A stretch of DNA of 64,000 nucleotides from an uncultured archaeon (GTDB lineage: Archaea > Asgardarchaeota > Thorarchaeia > Thorarchaeales > Thorarchaeaceae): positions 96,001 to 160,000 of the forward strand of contig CAYYQL010000001.1 of assembly GCA_964473825.1 (NCBI GenBank), in the 5' to 3' direction. The translations under genes and the position numbers were made by a program. Every line of letters begins with the position of its first letter. Position 1 is the first letter of the stretch. Under the pieces are notes generated by a model. It worked only from the letters and a program-made list of their open reading frames with translations. It had not been told where the DNA came from and searched no databases. Of this stretch, positions 1 to 10,589 are shown one piece after another.

Positions 1-531
1 GTTGCTCAGAATAACGCCCAAGTCGTTACGGACATCATGGCGCAGCAGTGAGGTGAAGATACCAAGTTCTCTATGTTGCTGAGCTCGCGAGAGTATCAAG
101 TCTTTTCTGCTCACAAATGCTGATACGTCATGTGCAACTGCATCCAGGAAGAAGACCTGTTCTTCTACGAGTCTTCTTGGATACTGTTCGGATTCAGCGG
201 ACATGTAGCATACCTGAATGTGCCCACGCTTACTACCTCGAACCTCTATGTCACAAGATATGCACAGATCAGTCTCAACAAATCCCTCCGTTGACCACTC
301 ATCATCATCCAGTCGGAGTTTCGCTGTGCTCATCGAAGGGTCGTGCCACCCTTCGGGAATAAGATGTACTAACTCATAGAAGATATCAGACACAGGTTTC
401 TCGATGTCTGAGAGGACTCGGGATATGTTTCGAAGGCACACAACTTGGTGAGCAATTCCTTCTAGCTTAAGGATTCTTGTTCTGAGTTCCTGCGTTTCAC
501 TGTCGAGCGAACTCGTATCAGGAATCTTCAA
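1..531 (-). CDS. Sensor histidine kinase with GAF-like input domain, 5' part (runs off the window start)
   Basis: Not in the ORF track. Manual translation from TTG at 531 gives an open frame to position 1: MKIPDTSSLD...LIPEGWHDP...RGHIQVCY...LLRHDVRNDLGVILSN, ending in an H-box (RHD-x-RN). Confidence 0.8.
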   Translation of the reverse strand, partial: MKIPDTSSLDSETQELRTRILKLEGIAHQVVCLRNISRVLSDIEKPVSDIFYELVHLIPEGWHDPSMSTAKLRLDDDEWSTEGFVETDLCISCDIEVRGSKRGHIQVCYMSAESEQYPRRLVEEQVFFLDAVAHDVSAFVSRKDLILSRAQQHRELGIFTSLLRHDVRNDLGVILSN

Positions 532-996
532 GGCTTACATATCTCCCTAGGTGAGGATTTGTTCGATGTGGTTGAGGGCATGCGATTTATGATATCCAAA
601 GCCTCTCGGCAACTCGTTACCATTTTAGCAACCGATTCCATCAATAAGAATATTTCCAATGAAGGGACCGAGCGTTGCTAGAGCGACAAATCCTGCTTTC
701 CCATCTTGGGCCAAGCATCACACCAAGAATAACTAAATACCATTGCCAAGTAATCTATTCTCACTACTGAGCAACATGTCAATACGTTCCTCAATTGCTG
801 GCGAATTGAGAATGGACAGCCTTCAAAATTGCCCTCACTGAGAGCAGGAAGGTGCAGTGTTCGACAGTTGTTGAGCAGTAGTGACTCAGGTTTCACGTGT
901 AGACAGAAGGGAACTGGAGGGAGGATCACGGCTCCACAAAAGGAAGAATCCAGCACGGACGGAATAGAATCAGAAGTAAATCCTTCAGGGTCAGAC

Positions 997-2220
997 ATGA
1001 CTGTTGCAATCGAGAACAACGAGAAAGTCTTGTTCCTTCTGAACAAGTTCACAGGTGTCGCACCGTATTCACACGAATTCCAGCTTGAAGGACTCGACCC
1101 GCAGCTGTTATCTGGTTTTGTCGGAGCCATGGGCAGTTTTCTAGGCGAATTTGCAGGTTCAGAGGAATCAACGTGGACGACGGCATATGGGAGCGACAGC
1201 ACCTTTGTTGTCGAAGTGGGCAAGTGGGTTGTTGGGGTCTTGGCCGTTTCCAGAGAAACCTCAAGACTGAGAAGTCAGTTACGAAGCATTGTACGAGAGT
1301 TCGAGCAGACGTTTGGAGCCTTGAAAGATGCTGATGGTTTAGAGGGCCATGTATTCGAGCAATTCGACCAGTTCGTACGAAGAGTATTCACGGAGGAGCT
1401 GATAACACCCAAGTCGCTGGTGTTCCGCAAGAGGAAACGGCACGAGGATCTGTTTGTGTCGCTTGATAGCCCGATGCAGTCATACCAGTTGACAAAGATT
1501 CTACTGTATCTCAAAGATGGAAAATCGGTTGCAGAGATATCAAGGTCAACAGAGATTCCCGAGAAAGCTGTCGAGCAGCTTCTTTCGCATGCATATTGGC
1601 AGAACATCGTCCATGTAAGATACGTACCGAGTGAAGGTGATATCCTTCAACTCTCAGAAAAAGCCTTGGGAAGAATATTCAATCCTGAAAATCCACTTTG
1701 CATCTCACACGTAGCCCGCGTGTTGCTTGCTTCATTAGACGGACGCACGACTCTCGGTTCTTTATTTCCCAAAGCAATAGAAGCCGAAAGAGAAGGGGTC
1801 CTTCGAGAGATTGGGAAGCTAATTTCGACGGGCTACGTGACTCGAATCCCTATCGAACAGAAACTGCTACTTGTCGACGAGTGCGTGTTGACACGATTCG
1901 GACGTGCCTGTTCCGACCTCCTCGACGGAAAGCGCATTGTTGAGTGTATCAAGAAGGAGATTGCAGAGAGCGCGGCCCAGCATCCTTGGCTCTTACGAGT
2001 GAATGTAGGAGACGATCTCAGAATTATCTGCGACTTGGGAGATATCATGAGCCCGGCCGAGTTCAATTGGGCTTCGGATGCTCTCGAGCATCTGCAAACA
2101 AAAGTCTTCGATAGAATATCAGCGAAACTCACAAGACGGAACGCGAAGGATATTCTTCTCTACGCCCGAAAGCACTGTCAAGAGGATTGGATGCCTGAGT
2201 TATGTGAGGGTCTGTTCTAA
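997..2220 (+). CDS. Longin-domain protein with two C-terminal winged-helix-like domains (Asgard-type)
   Basis: Likely start is ATG at 997. N-terminus has a longin pattern (KVLFLLNKFTGVAPYSHEF...DPQLLSGFVGAMGSF). Two wHTH-like DG motifs follow (LKDGKSVAEISRSTEI, LDGRTTLGSL...LISTGYV). Confidence 0.7.
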   Translation: MTVAIENNEKVLFLLNKFTGVAPYSHEFQLEGLDPQLLSGFVGAMGSFLGEFAGSEESTWTTAYGSDSTFVVEVGKWVVGVLAVSRETSRLRSQLRSIVREFEQTFGALKDADGLEGHVFEQFDQFVRRVFTEELITPKSLVFRKRKRHEDLFVSLDSPMQSYQLTKILLYLKDGKSVAEISRSTEIPEKAVEQLLSHAYWQNIVHVRYVPSEGDILQLSEKALGRIFNPENPLCISHVARVLLASLDGRTTLGSLFPKAIEAEREGVLREIGKLISTGYVTRIPIEQKLLLVDECVLTRFGRACSDLLDGKRIVECIKKEIAESAAQHPWLLRVNVGDDLRIICDLGDIMSPAEFNWASDALEHLQTKVFDRISAKLTRRNAKDILLYARKHCQEDWMPELCEGLF

Positions 2221-2506
2221 ACGAACGCATGGAAGCAGCCGTTCGTCCTTCTATCGAAATGACCAGTGAGGTATTCATCCGCGATGCGCTGGCGCATATC
2301 ACTCAGCAGTGTATCCGTCAAAATCCATGGCAGAAAGTAGAATGCCACCAGCTTTCTGTAGAGATACTTTATACTGATACACCCTACTACCCTCACTAAT
2401 AGAATCTACCGATGTGATTCTTCCTTCCGCCAAAGCAAGGCGAGCAGATTCTAGATACTGACCAATGTGGAGAGATGTAGGAATCTCTCCCGTCAAGGAC
2501 ATCTTC

Positions 2507-5500
2507 CTACTTCTTCCTCCGCTTCCTGTAGCCCTGCAACGGAACTACGACAACCGCGAATAATATCGGAACTCCAATGAACGAACCAACAAGGATGGAG
2601 TCGATGAGCGGTCCGAGCCCGCTTGGCGACGGTGGTGCAGGCGGAATCGGTGCAGGCAGTGTGTGTGCCACAACATAGACATGATCTCCACCGTAGCACA
2701 GGACATCCCTGCCATTCATGTCATAGAACCGTCCCACGATAGGATCGTGGTTGGCACCTAGGTCGTCTCTCCAGTAGTGCCACAACAGCCTTCCGGTCTC
2801 TCCGTCAACAACGTTGATATATTCCCTGTTTGTCAACACAAGGTCATCCCATGTGTCACCGTTCATGTCCGCGCAGACAATCTTCGTGTCCTTCCCGCCC
2901 AAGACCAGTGGGGCGTTATACTTCCAGACCTGCGTTCCAGCAGCATTGTAGCCCACTGCTCCTATTCGTTCAACGTTGATGATGACTTCTTCTGAGCCAT
3001 CATTATTGTAGACATCACCCACAGCAATGTCCCGCACGTGACCCGTCGGAAAGGCAATCGTGGGACCGCCTCCACCTATCGTGTCTAGGAGGTGGACATC
3101 GTAGGATGAATCCATTACAATAAGACGGTCATTGGAACCACCTGTGAGATTCCCTGTGAGAAGTCGGTACGTGGATGATGGACCAATGGCCCCATCTAGA
3201 CTACCGTCATCTCCATTGTAGATCCGTGGTCGTGTACCCGACGCACCGAAGACAACATCGAGCGAGCCATCGCCAGAGAGCCGTCCCATAACGAAGTGCC
3301 AAGATGAATATGACGATGTATAGCCATCTGCAAATGTGTTGTATAGCTCGTTCCCAGCCTCGTCGTACCACGCGACATATACATTCGAACCGCCCGACAC
3401 GCGTCTTTTCAGGACAGCAATCTCGTCATAGTCATCTCCGACCGCCGTGTCGAAGTTGCCAACAAGAAGGCCGCTTATTTCATAGCTATCGCCAGCGTAG
3501 ATCTCTGTCACGTTGGCACCAGTCAGACCATCAACAACGAGGACATCTCGCAGGCCGTACCAGATAGCCACATCCTTGTGTCCATAGCCATCTATGTATC
3601 CCGTCTGCACACCTTGAACCTTGCTATTGAACGAGATATTCCACACAGGATTGGCATTGGATCCCTCCAAGAGTAGAACACTGTACCCAGACGCTGTCCT
3701 CTGGGCGACAAGCACCTCATCTACATAATCGCCAACGACATCATCTACCCAAGCGTTGTAGACGCCAGGAATCTCAGCGTCCCAGTAGATCTCATGGTTC
3801 TCATAGGCAGCCTCTTCTGCTGCCTCAGTCGGGAGCACAGCCTGACACGCGACAAGGTCTTCATTCTCGACATCCCAAGCGACAATCGAGTCATACTCGC
3901 TGCCGGGAAACCGAGCCGCAACGACCTCGGTCAAAAGACCGTCAGAGTAGTTGAACCACTTCGGAATCCCGTTCTTTCCGTCCAGTGCAAGCATGATGCT
4001 CTCATTGAATGTAGTTCCACCAGCAACGATGATATCGTAATCACCTGTTCCACCGATATGTCCGACATCAGCAGCTATTGTGAACCAGGTTGAATCTGGC
4101 TCATAGTGCCACTGGGTGACACCCGACTTTACCTCTTCAAGATATACACCGTTCTCAAGAGTCAGCGCCAGAATCTCGGTTGTTCCGTCACCATCAAAGT
4201 CCTCGACGAAGAGATTCAGTATTGTTCCCATCTGAGTCGAATTGTAGTAGATAGAGCCATTGTGGATGTCGGCGACGCGGATATTATCCCATGAGAAGAT
4301 GATGTCATCAAAACCATCATCGTTGAAGTCATGCATTCGAAAGCGACTCCACGGAAACGCTGTGCTAGCAGGACTCTGATAGAAGACGGTGCCATTCAGG
4401 GGGTTTATCACATAGAGTTCTGAACTTGCGGAGATAGCGGCTAGTTGCGGACTATCTGCTTCAGTGAAGTTGCCAATGGCTAGCTGATATGGAATTGTAC
4501 CAGTGACGTTCCAGAGATAGCGCAGACTTCCTGAAACATTCAACACGAATAGACCGCCCAGTCTGTCGCCCATCACAATCTCGGGAATCGCATCACCCTC
4601 TAAGTTTCCTGTCGTGACGCTGTAGATATCATCAGTTGAGCCATTATAGCTCCAGAGATACCCGCCTGTGGTGATGTCCAAGACATACAGATTCGTGTCA
4701 TCAGAACCAGCAAGTATCTCGGGTACCGTATCATTATTCAGGTCTGATAACAGGATGCAGTTGAAGCCATCGCCTGCGTCAGTATTCTCCCAGAACAGAC
4801 TGCCATTTGGATGGTATGCAGCCACTCGTCCGATATCAGGATTCACTGTGAATATCTCATCGTAGCCATCTCCATCGACGTCGTAGACATCGATGAGGTC
4901 AGTCCAGTACATTAGGGCAGCATTGCCGTCGGTGGATGTCGTCCATAATTGCTCGGAGTACCAGAGCTCGACAGCTCCCTCGGAAGGATCAATATACTCC
5001 CAGATATAGACGTCGCCACGTTCTGTCGCAATGCCAATCTCGTCCCAGCCGTTTCCGTTCGTATCATAGACCGTGAGGCCCGTGACTGAGTTGTCGAATG
5101 GCTTGGAAAGCCAGGCCTCCTCGTAGGTCATGAAGCCTGTCCCATTTGTGGAGTGCTTCATCTCGTACACCGCGACTTGGTTGTCAAAGCCAACGACTAC
5201 CTCTCTCCGTCCGTCTGCATCGGTGTCTCCGGTATCGAGGTCAACCACCTCTCGCAGATGATTCATCGTCCAGTCAGACTGCGGATTGATGCCATAGACT
5301 ATGTCATGAAAGGTGTACCAGAAAGCATAGTCGCCAATCAATCCTGCAGGATAGAAGACAGCAAATGAGAACGTACACGTATAGATAAACCCTGAATCTT
5401 TCGCTGGTATTAGATCGGGAGAGAACGCAGACAGCTTATAGATTGGCCAAGGAGAGCTTCCCCAGGAATAGTGTATGTACCCGCTTGGCATCTCAGTCCG

Positions 5501-8500
5501 CACAATATACTCTGGAATTGTGTTCATGGTATTCTCGTAGTTCCATTCTCTGCCCAGAGTGGTGCTTGAAACCATACCGATACGGTCCTCTAATGATACG
5601 CCGATACTCTCGTAGATCACCATGAGAGCCCGTTCCCCTGACCTGGACTGTTCGATATCCACAAACATCTCATCGTCGTAAGATGTTGTCGCCTGGTGGG
5701 GATTGGCTCCTGTCCAGTTGAAGTTCGAGTCATCGTCGCATACGACTACCCAGACATCGGTGTCTGCCTTCGCAGAGCGCGTATAGACTGCCGACATTGC
5801 AATGGCAAACGAGAAGTTGCCATCAGCATCATCATCATAGAGCCTGACGATATCCACATCGTGTGCTTGGAAATAACTTCTGTCATTGAAGGACAGAGGC
5901 ATCCAAGTCCAAGAACCTGACAGGTCATCTGGACGAATGTAGCAACCCAGACCCCCGTAGGTATAGGTGCCAGGAAAGATTGGGCTATAGCTGTCATACA
6001 TGTAGACCAGTCCAACATGACTCGAGTTGAGCTGGAATACACTGGGATAGTATCGGTGTGTCCAACCCAGTCCTGAGAAGTCCTGCAAGAGGGTTATGCT
6101 GTTCCAGCCCACGCCTATGGTCCCCCACGCCAGCGCCAAGTATCGAGTGCCACCGCTGTCCTCTGCCTCCCAAGCAATGTAGATGTTGCCTTCCTCCGTG
6201 ATGACCATCGTCGGTCGAGTTTCCTTCACAATCGGACTTGAGTTCCCGCTGTAGGTAAGGCCGGCACCTCGAACGAACGGCGCTCCTGGCCACCATGTAT
6301 CCATTGGTTCCAGGTAAATCTTCATCCAGATCTCTGTCGAGTTCTCGTAGACCATCCAGATGTAATTCTCGTAATCCCCGGTACCCCGAGCCATATCCTT
6401 GATGGACCGCTCCGTGTTGACTGAGTCTAGAGCACCGTCTCCACTCACACCGAGAGACCTCAACGGAACCTTCGGATAATTGGGCGACGAGGTCACGTAC
6501 TCAACCTTCTGGTAGGTAGAATCGGTACCGGGAACCCACTCCCACATATCGAATCCATAAGTATGACCGATGATAATCTCCTGAGCTCCATCATAGTCCT
6601 GGTCGTCAAGCTTGATGACATTGACCGGGTTCCAGTAGGTCACCTCAGTCGGAGCCTCCCACACCTTGTAGAAGGTGCCGCCCTGACATTCATAGATATG
6701 AGCGAATCCATTGGGACGTTTAAGTCGCACATCCTCTGTCCCGCCAAGAATGACTTCTTTGTATCCGTCCTCATCTGTATCACAAAGCATCAACGTGTTG
6801 ATCTGATAGTATCTAAACTCCGTATACTCAGGATTTCCAACAAGGAAGTATCTACCTTCCAGCGATGGGCTCGTTACGAAGAACTCTCGGTCCTCCATAT
6901 CCTCGAAGGTCCCTTCAGGAATATTGTAGATGAACAGGTAGGGTCCTGCGGCAACGGCCAGCTCCAGCTCTCCGTTGTAGTCCAGGTCGTCACCGGCCGC
7001 CATCGCGGTGATCTTGCTGACATAGTCCCACGCGGGTCGACCATTCCAAGCTGTATCTCTCAGGTCGAAAGAATAGACGAACTGCACGGCATCTCCACCA
7101 TATAGACCCACCTCCTCGAAGACATAGACCTGTAGATTGGCGGCCACGATGATCTCTCTCAGACCATCTTGGTCTAGGTCAACACCGGCAACCAAGTGCT
7201 CTGCATGGTCCCAAATCCGGCGGTTGAAATCACCGGAGATTCCCTCGAGCTCCTCATAGAGATAGGGCGAAACATCTGTCGTTTCAGTATGGTTTAGATC
7301 GAAGGAACGGAACATCCGCTTGTAGGTGTTGTTGGCAAGGTGTTCGAATGCGTAGACATTGTTGTCATAATCTCCTACGATGAGCTCACCTTTTCCATCG
7401 TTGTCGACATCTGCTGACGTGATAGCCAAGGTCCAGTCCTTGAGGTCGGCATCGTTACTCCATGATTCGTGTACATGGAAGCCTATGTTGATATGTGCCT
7501 TGAAACCATCGACTGCATTGCTCATCAGATTGAAATCGAGTTGAGCCACTCTTGGATAACTCGCAACAACATAGCTCTCTGTGGTATCGAACTCAGGAGT
7601 CGCCCAGGCGATTCTCTGGTTCCATGGTCTATATCCGGCTAGGGTCCAGTCGAAATCCATTTCCCAGCCGTTCAGTTCGTACCAGCGCTCCATGGTATAG
7701 CCAGAGTAGTAGCCTCCGAACTTCGGCACTATGCGTACATCTGTGAAGTTCTGGTACTTCATGTTGGTTTCAGGATTGGGATTGGACATGACCTTCTTGT
7801 CTTCGACCCATACCGGATTCTCTGTCGTACCTTCATTGATCCAGCAAGTTGCACCATTACTGTTTGCATAACTTAGAATCAGGTCCATGTCGCCATCAGA
7901 GTCGATGTCCACCAGCTCGGGCTGACCCCAGACCTTGCTGGTATCCTTGTCATTAATGTCGTCGAAATATCCTCTCACCATCGTGAAGTTAAGGGTCTGA
8001 TCTGGGCCCTCGGTCTCCATCCACATATTACGAGCCATGTACAAATATCCATTGGATACCACAAAGTCAAGGTCACCGTCCTTGTCGAAGTCCGCGAAGT
8101 CCAGCTTCGGAGGAGCTCGAGCAAGATTGATCTGATCAACAAGCTCGCCTGTTGTGTCCATCTGGTAGAGATCCCTCCGCATGATGAAGTTGCTTGTGTC
8201 ATCTTCGCGGTAGTAGAACATAACTGCTGCGCGCGTAGGTGCATTAGTAAAGCTCGTCAGAGGAATGGTCTCGATGGATACATCGGGATTGAAAACGCCA
8301 AGAGCTATCATTGGATGCATAGTTTCGAGATCGTTCTGGGTGAACCATGGCGTTTCTACTGAAATATTGACCCAATCGTTCATTCCAAGCCAGGAATTGA
8401 TGCTGCTAAAGTAGCCGTCCGTTACGATGTCTATCTCTGGCATGGTGCCAGGCGGGAAGACATCGGGAACGGTGAATGCACGAATCTCCCCCTCGTTTGT

Positions 8501-10588
8501 GCCCATGAAGTAGTTGAAAGTAGCCGACCCAAACTGCCAGGGATTGAGGACTCCATAGCTCCATGAATTGTAGGTGTTTGCACCCACAGGATTCCAGATC
8601 ATACCGTACTGCCAGTTCCATGTTGGTACATTAGGCGTGTTGCCCACGTACTCCATATCCCAGATGTTTGCTCCAAAGGTGTAGAAGTCGTCATCTCCAC
8701 TGTCCCAGATGATGTCATAATCACCTTCAGTCGTGTTGTACTGGATAGCATTCAATTCGCCTGTGACACTTCCCACAAGTATCTTGTTCGGCTCAGAAGC
8801 ACCTGTGAGATAGGACATACCGTCCATTCGCAGAGGACCAATCTCAACACTTATTGCGTCCGTGAGCGTGTTGTACACCTGGACAAGATCCAGCCCATTG
8901 ATCTCGTAGACAGCATCATTGAACACAGATATCTTGACGTACCGGAAGTAGTCCCACTTTCTGCGAGAGAGTGCATCATCCACATCGATGTACATCGTGC
9001 TGGACAGCGCCCAAGCACGGTCCAAGGAGACCTGTTCGAACTCATCGCCATCTTTGGAGATGCTGAAGTTGAACTCATTCGGCATCTCAGCAAGATTAAG
9101 AGTTGTTCCTGATTTGAAGTATATCTTGACATCGGCCCTGTCGTTCGCGCCACCGGTCCCCTCCTCGTCCTGCCCGAAGTCAAGTACCGCGGTGCAGTTA
9201 TCTACGCCCGATATCGACGAGTCGAATGTAGAGAAGTTTCCGTCCATGCCGCTCTGCAGCACGTTTGGTCCTGCCATACCTGTGTTATAGGGATAGACGC
9301 TTGCATCGGGCAAGAATATACCTAGTCCCTCGTTCCAGACGTATTCTATAGGCTCATCAACATGGAGTGATGAGTTCACTGGGTCATGATAGGTCACATT
9401 GTTTGCTTCGATCATGCGGTCAACATAGAAGTCGAGCTGCCAGAAGCCAAAGGTCTCCCATTCCTCATAATCGCGGTACACCTTCTCATAGTCATAGGTG
9501 CCTCGTAGTTCATTCCAGTCAAGCGTGAATACGCCTTGACCCTGAGCAACAAGAGCGATTTCGTCGCCAAAGGTACCGTCAAGTTCACCCACAGCCATGG
9601 AGAGGATTGGAGTCCAAGTGTAATTCTGGCTGGTCCAGTTGAGGTAGTAGTGATTGTCATTGATGAGGGGGAACGGATAATCGTTGATCATGATGACCAG
9701 ACCATCGTTTTCGAAGACATAGACCCGACCCTCGCGGGTACCACAGATAACCTCGGGGAGGCCGTTGTTATTCGTGTCTCCTGTTTCTATGGAATAAATC
9801 CGCTCATCCTCACCGACCTGAAGTGTGGCCACCTCGTCGTAGGTTATCCAGTGCTCCTCGGCGAAGGGATACCCAGAGTGATTGTCATACTCGAAGATGT
9901 GTATCTTGCTATCCCAACCACCCGCGATAATATCTGGGCGATAGTCACGGTCGATGTCATCAACCTTGACATCAAAGACTCGGAACATGTTCGGGCTTGT
10001 CCACACATGGTCGAACTGATTCTCAGTGTTTGCGTAAGGATCGTAGATATGGCGCTGCTCGAAGACATAGACATGTCCATCTGAACAGCCAGCCACAATC
10101 TCAATGAAGTCATTGAGGTCCGTATCTCCGAAGTCAAGAGCCATCACATCGCTCTTGAAGATGCTGTCACCTGTGTCCCAGACCTTGTCCCAGAGTCTGG
10201 TCTCAGTGTTGAGACGGAAGATGTGGATCTGGTTGTCATACAAGTATCCGCCGCCCAGAGCAAGGAAGCCAGTGCCTTCGTCATACGCAATGGCGTGAAT
10301 GGCTGCCTTGGATCGCCATGGCTCGTAGGTCAATCTGTAGTCGTTCATCCTGTCGCCGAGAACAAGGCCAATGTCCTTGTCTGCAGGAAGCGACTGCTCT
10401 GTTTCGGCCACGAGGTTCTCAATCGAAGGCCGTAGGTCGTCGGGAACATCATCCCAGAGTCCAGTGGGCTCGGCTTCAGTATTGTCAGTATTTGTGGCCG
10501 TATTAATCACTGGAACATTCGGAATCACACCGAATGCCCCGACCATCATCACCATCATGAACATGAGTGTAAGTATTCGTTTCTTCAC
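2507..10588 (-). CDS. Giant (~2690 aa) membrane-anchored FG-GAP/VCBS-repeat beta-propeller surface glycoprotein
   Basis: GTG start at 10588 after a GGAGGTG SD, 1 nt after the upstream stop. Signal peptide (MKKRILTLMFMMVMMVGAFG); many D-x-D-x-DG-xx-EI motifs; many N-x-S/T sequons; Pro-rich stalk; C-terminal TM helix and RKRRKK tail. Confidence 0.85.
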   Translation of the reverse strand: MKKRILTLMFMMVMMVGAFGVIPNVPVINTATNTDNTEAEPTGLWDDVPDDLRPSIENLVAETEQSLPADKDIGLVLGDRMNDYRLTYEPWRSKAAIHAIAYDEGTGFLALGGGYLYDNQIHIFRLNTETRLWDKVWDTGDSIFKSDVMALDFGDTDLNDFIEIVAGCSDGHVYVFEQRHIYDPYANTENQFDHVWTSPNMFRVFDVKVDDIDRDYRPDIIAGGWDSKIHIFEYDNHSGYPFAEEHWITYDEVATLQVGEDERIYSIETGDTNNNGLPEVICGTREGRVYVFENDGLVIMINDYPFPLINDNHYYLNWTSQNYTWTPILSMAVGELDGTFGDEIALVAQGQGVFTLDWNELRGTYDYEKVYRDYEEWETFGFWQLDFYVDRMIEANNVTYHDPVNSSLHVDEPIEYVWNEGLGIFLPDASVYPYNTGMAGPNVLQSGMDGNFSTFDSSISGVDNCTAVLDFGQDEEGTGGANDRADVKIYFKSGTTLNLAEMPNEFNFSISKDGDEFEQVSLDRAWALSSTMYIDVDDALSRRKWDYFRYVKISVFNDAVYEINGLDLVQVYNTLTDAISVEIGPLRMDGMSYLTGASEPNKILVGSVTGELNAIQYNTTEGDYDIIWDSGDDDFYTFGANIWDMEYVGNTPNVPTWNWQYGMIWNPVGANTYNSWSYGVLNPWQFGSATFNYFMGTNEGEIRAFTVPDVFPPGTMPEIDIVTDGYFSSINSWLGMNDWVNISVETPWFTQNDLETMHPMIALGVFNPDVSIETIPLTSFTNAPTRAAVMFYYREDDTSNFIMRRDLYQMDTTGELVDQINLARAPPKLDFADFDKDGDLDFVVSNGYLYMARNMWMETEGPDQTLNFTMVRGYFDDINDKDTSKVWGQPELVDIDSDGDMDLILSYANSNGATCWINEGTTENPVWVEDKKVMSNPNPETNMKYQNFTDVRIVPKFGGYYSGYTMERWYELNGWEMDFDWTLAGYRPWNQRIAWATPEFDTTESYVVASYPRVAQLDFNLMSNAVDGFKAHINIGFHVHESWSNDADLKDWTLAITSADVDNDGKGELIVGDYDNNVYAFEHLANNTYKRMFRSFDLNHTETTDVSPYLYEELEGISGDFNRRIWDHAEHLVAGVDLDQDGLREIIVAANLQVYVFEEVGLYGGDAVQFVYSFDLRDTAWNGRPAWDYVSKITAMAAGDDLDYNGELELAVAAGPYLFIYNIPEGTFEDMEDREFFVTSPSLEGRYFLVGNPEYTEFRYYQINTLMLCDTDEDGYKEVILGGTEDVRLKRPNGFAHIYECQGGTFYKVWEAPTEVTYWNPVNVIKLDDQDYDGAQEIIIGHTYGFDMWEWVPGTDSTYQKVEYVTSSPNYPKVPLRSLGVSGDGALDSVNTERSIKDMARGTGDYENYIWMVYENSTEIWMKIYLEPMDTWWPGAPFVRGAGLTYSGNSSPIVKETRPTMVITEEGNIYIAWEAEDSGGTRYLALAWGTIGVGWNSITLLQDFSGLGWTHRYYPSVFQLNSSHVGLVYMYDSYSPIFPGTYTYGGLGCYIRPDDLSGSWTWMPLSFNDRSYFQAHDVDIVRLYDDDADGNFSFAIAMSAVYTRSAKADTDVWVVVCDDDSNFNWTGANPHQATTSYDDEMFVDIEQSRSGERALMVIYESIGVSLEDRIGMVSSTTLGREWNYENTMNTIPEYIVRTEMPSGYIHYSWGSSPWPIYKLSAFSPDLIPAKDSGFIYTCTFSFAVFYPAGLIGDYAFWYTFHDIVYGINPQSDWTMNHLREVVDLDTGDTDADGRREVVVGFDNQVAVYEMKHSTNGTGFMTYEEAWLSKPFDNSVTGLTVYDTNGNGWDEIGIATERGDVYIWEYIDPSEGAVELWYSEQLWTTSTDGNAALMYWTDLIDVYDVDGDGYDEIFTVNPDIGRVAAYHPNGSLFWENTDAGDGFNCILLSDLNNDTVPEILAGSDDTNLYVLDITTGGYLWSYNGSTDDIYSVTTGNLEGDAIPEIVMGDRLGGLFVLNVSGSLRYLWNVTGTIPYQLAIGNFTEADSPQLAAISASSELYVINPLNGTVFYQSPASTAFPWSRFRMHDFNDDGFDDIIFSWDNIRVADIHNGSIYYNSTQMGTILNLFVEDFDGDGTTEILALTLENGVYLEEVKSGVTQWHYEPDSTWFTIAADVGHIGGTGDYDIIVAGGTTFNESIMLALDGKNGIPKWFNYSDGLLTEVVAARFPGSEYDSIVAWDVENEDLVACQAVLPTEAAEEAAYENHEIYWDAEIPGVYNAWVDDVVGDYVDEVLVAQRTASGYSVLLLEGSNANPVWNISFNSKVQGVQTGYIDGYGHKDVAIWYGLRDVLVVDGLTGANVTEIYAGDSYEISGLLVGNFDTAVGDDYDEIAVLKRRVSGGSNVYVAWYDEAGNELYNTFADGYTSSYSSWHFVMGRLSGDGSLDVVFGASGTRPRIYNGDDGSLDGAIGPSSTYRLLTGNLTGGSNDRLIVMDSSYDVHLLDTIGGGGPTIAFPTGHVRDIAVGDVYNNDGSEEVIINVERIGAVGYNAAGTQVWKYNAPLVLGGKDTKIVCADMNGDTWDDLVLTNREYINVVDGETGRLLWHYWRDDLGANHDPIVGRFYDMNGRDVLCYGGDHVYVVAHTLPAPIPPAPPSPSGLGPLIDSILVGSFIGVPILFAVVVVPLQGYRKRRKK

Positions 10589-10589
10589 T

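Noticed and set aside
2299-2502. 67-aa ORF directly after the FG-GAP gene
   Set aside because: Its position is operon-like, but it is short with no motif or clear SD, so it cannot be supported.
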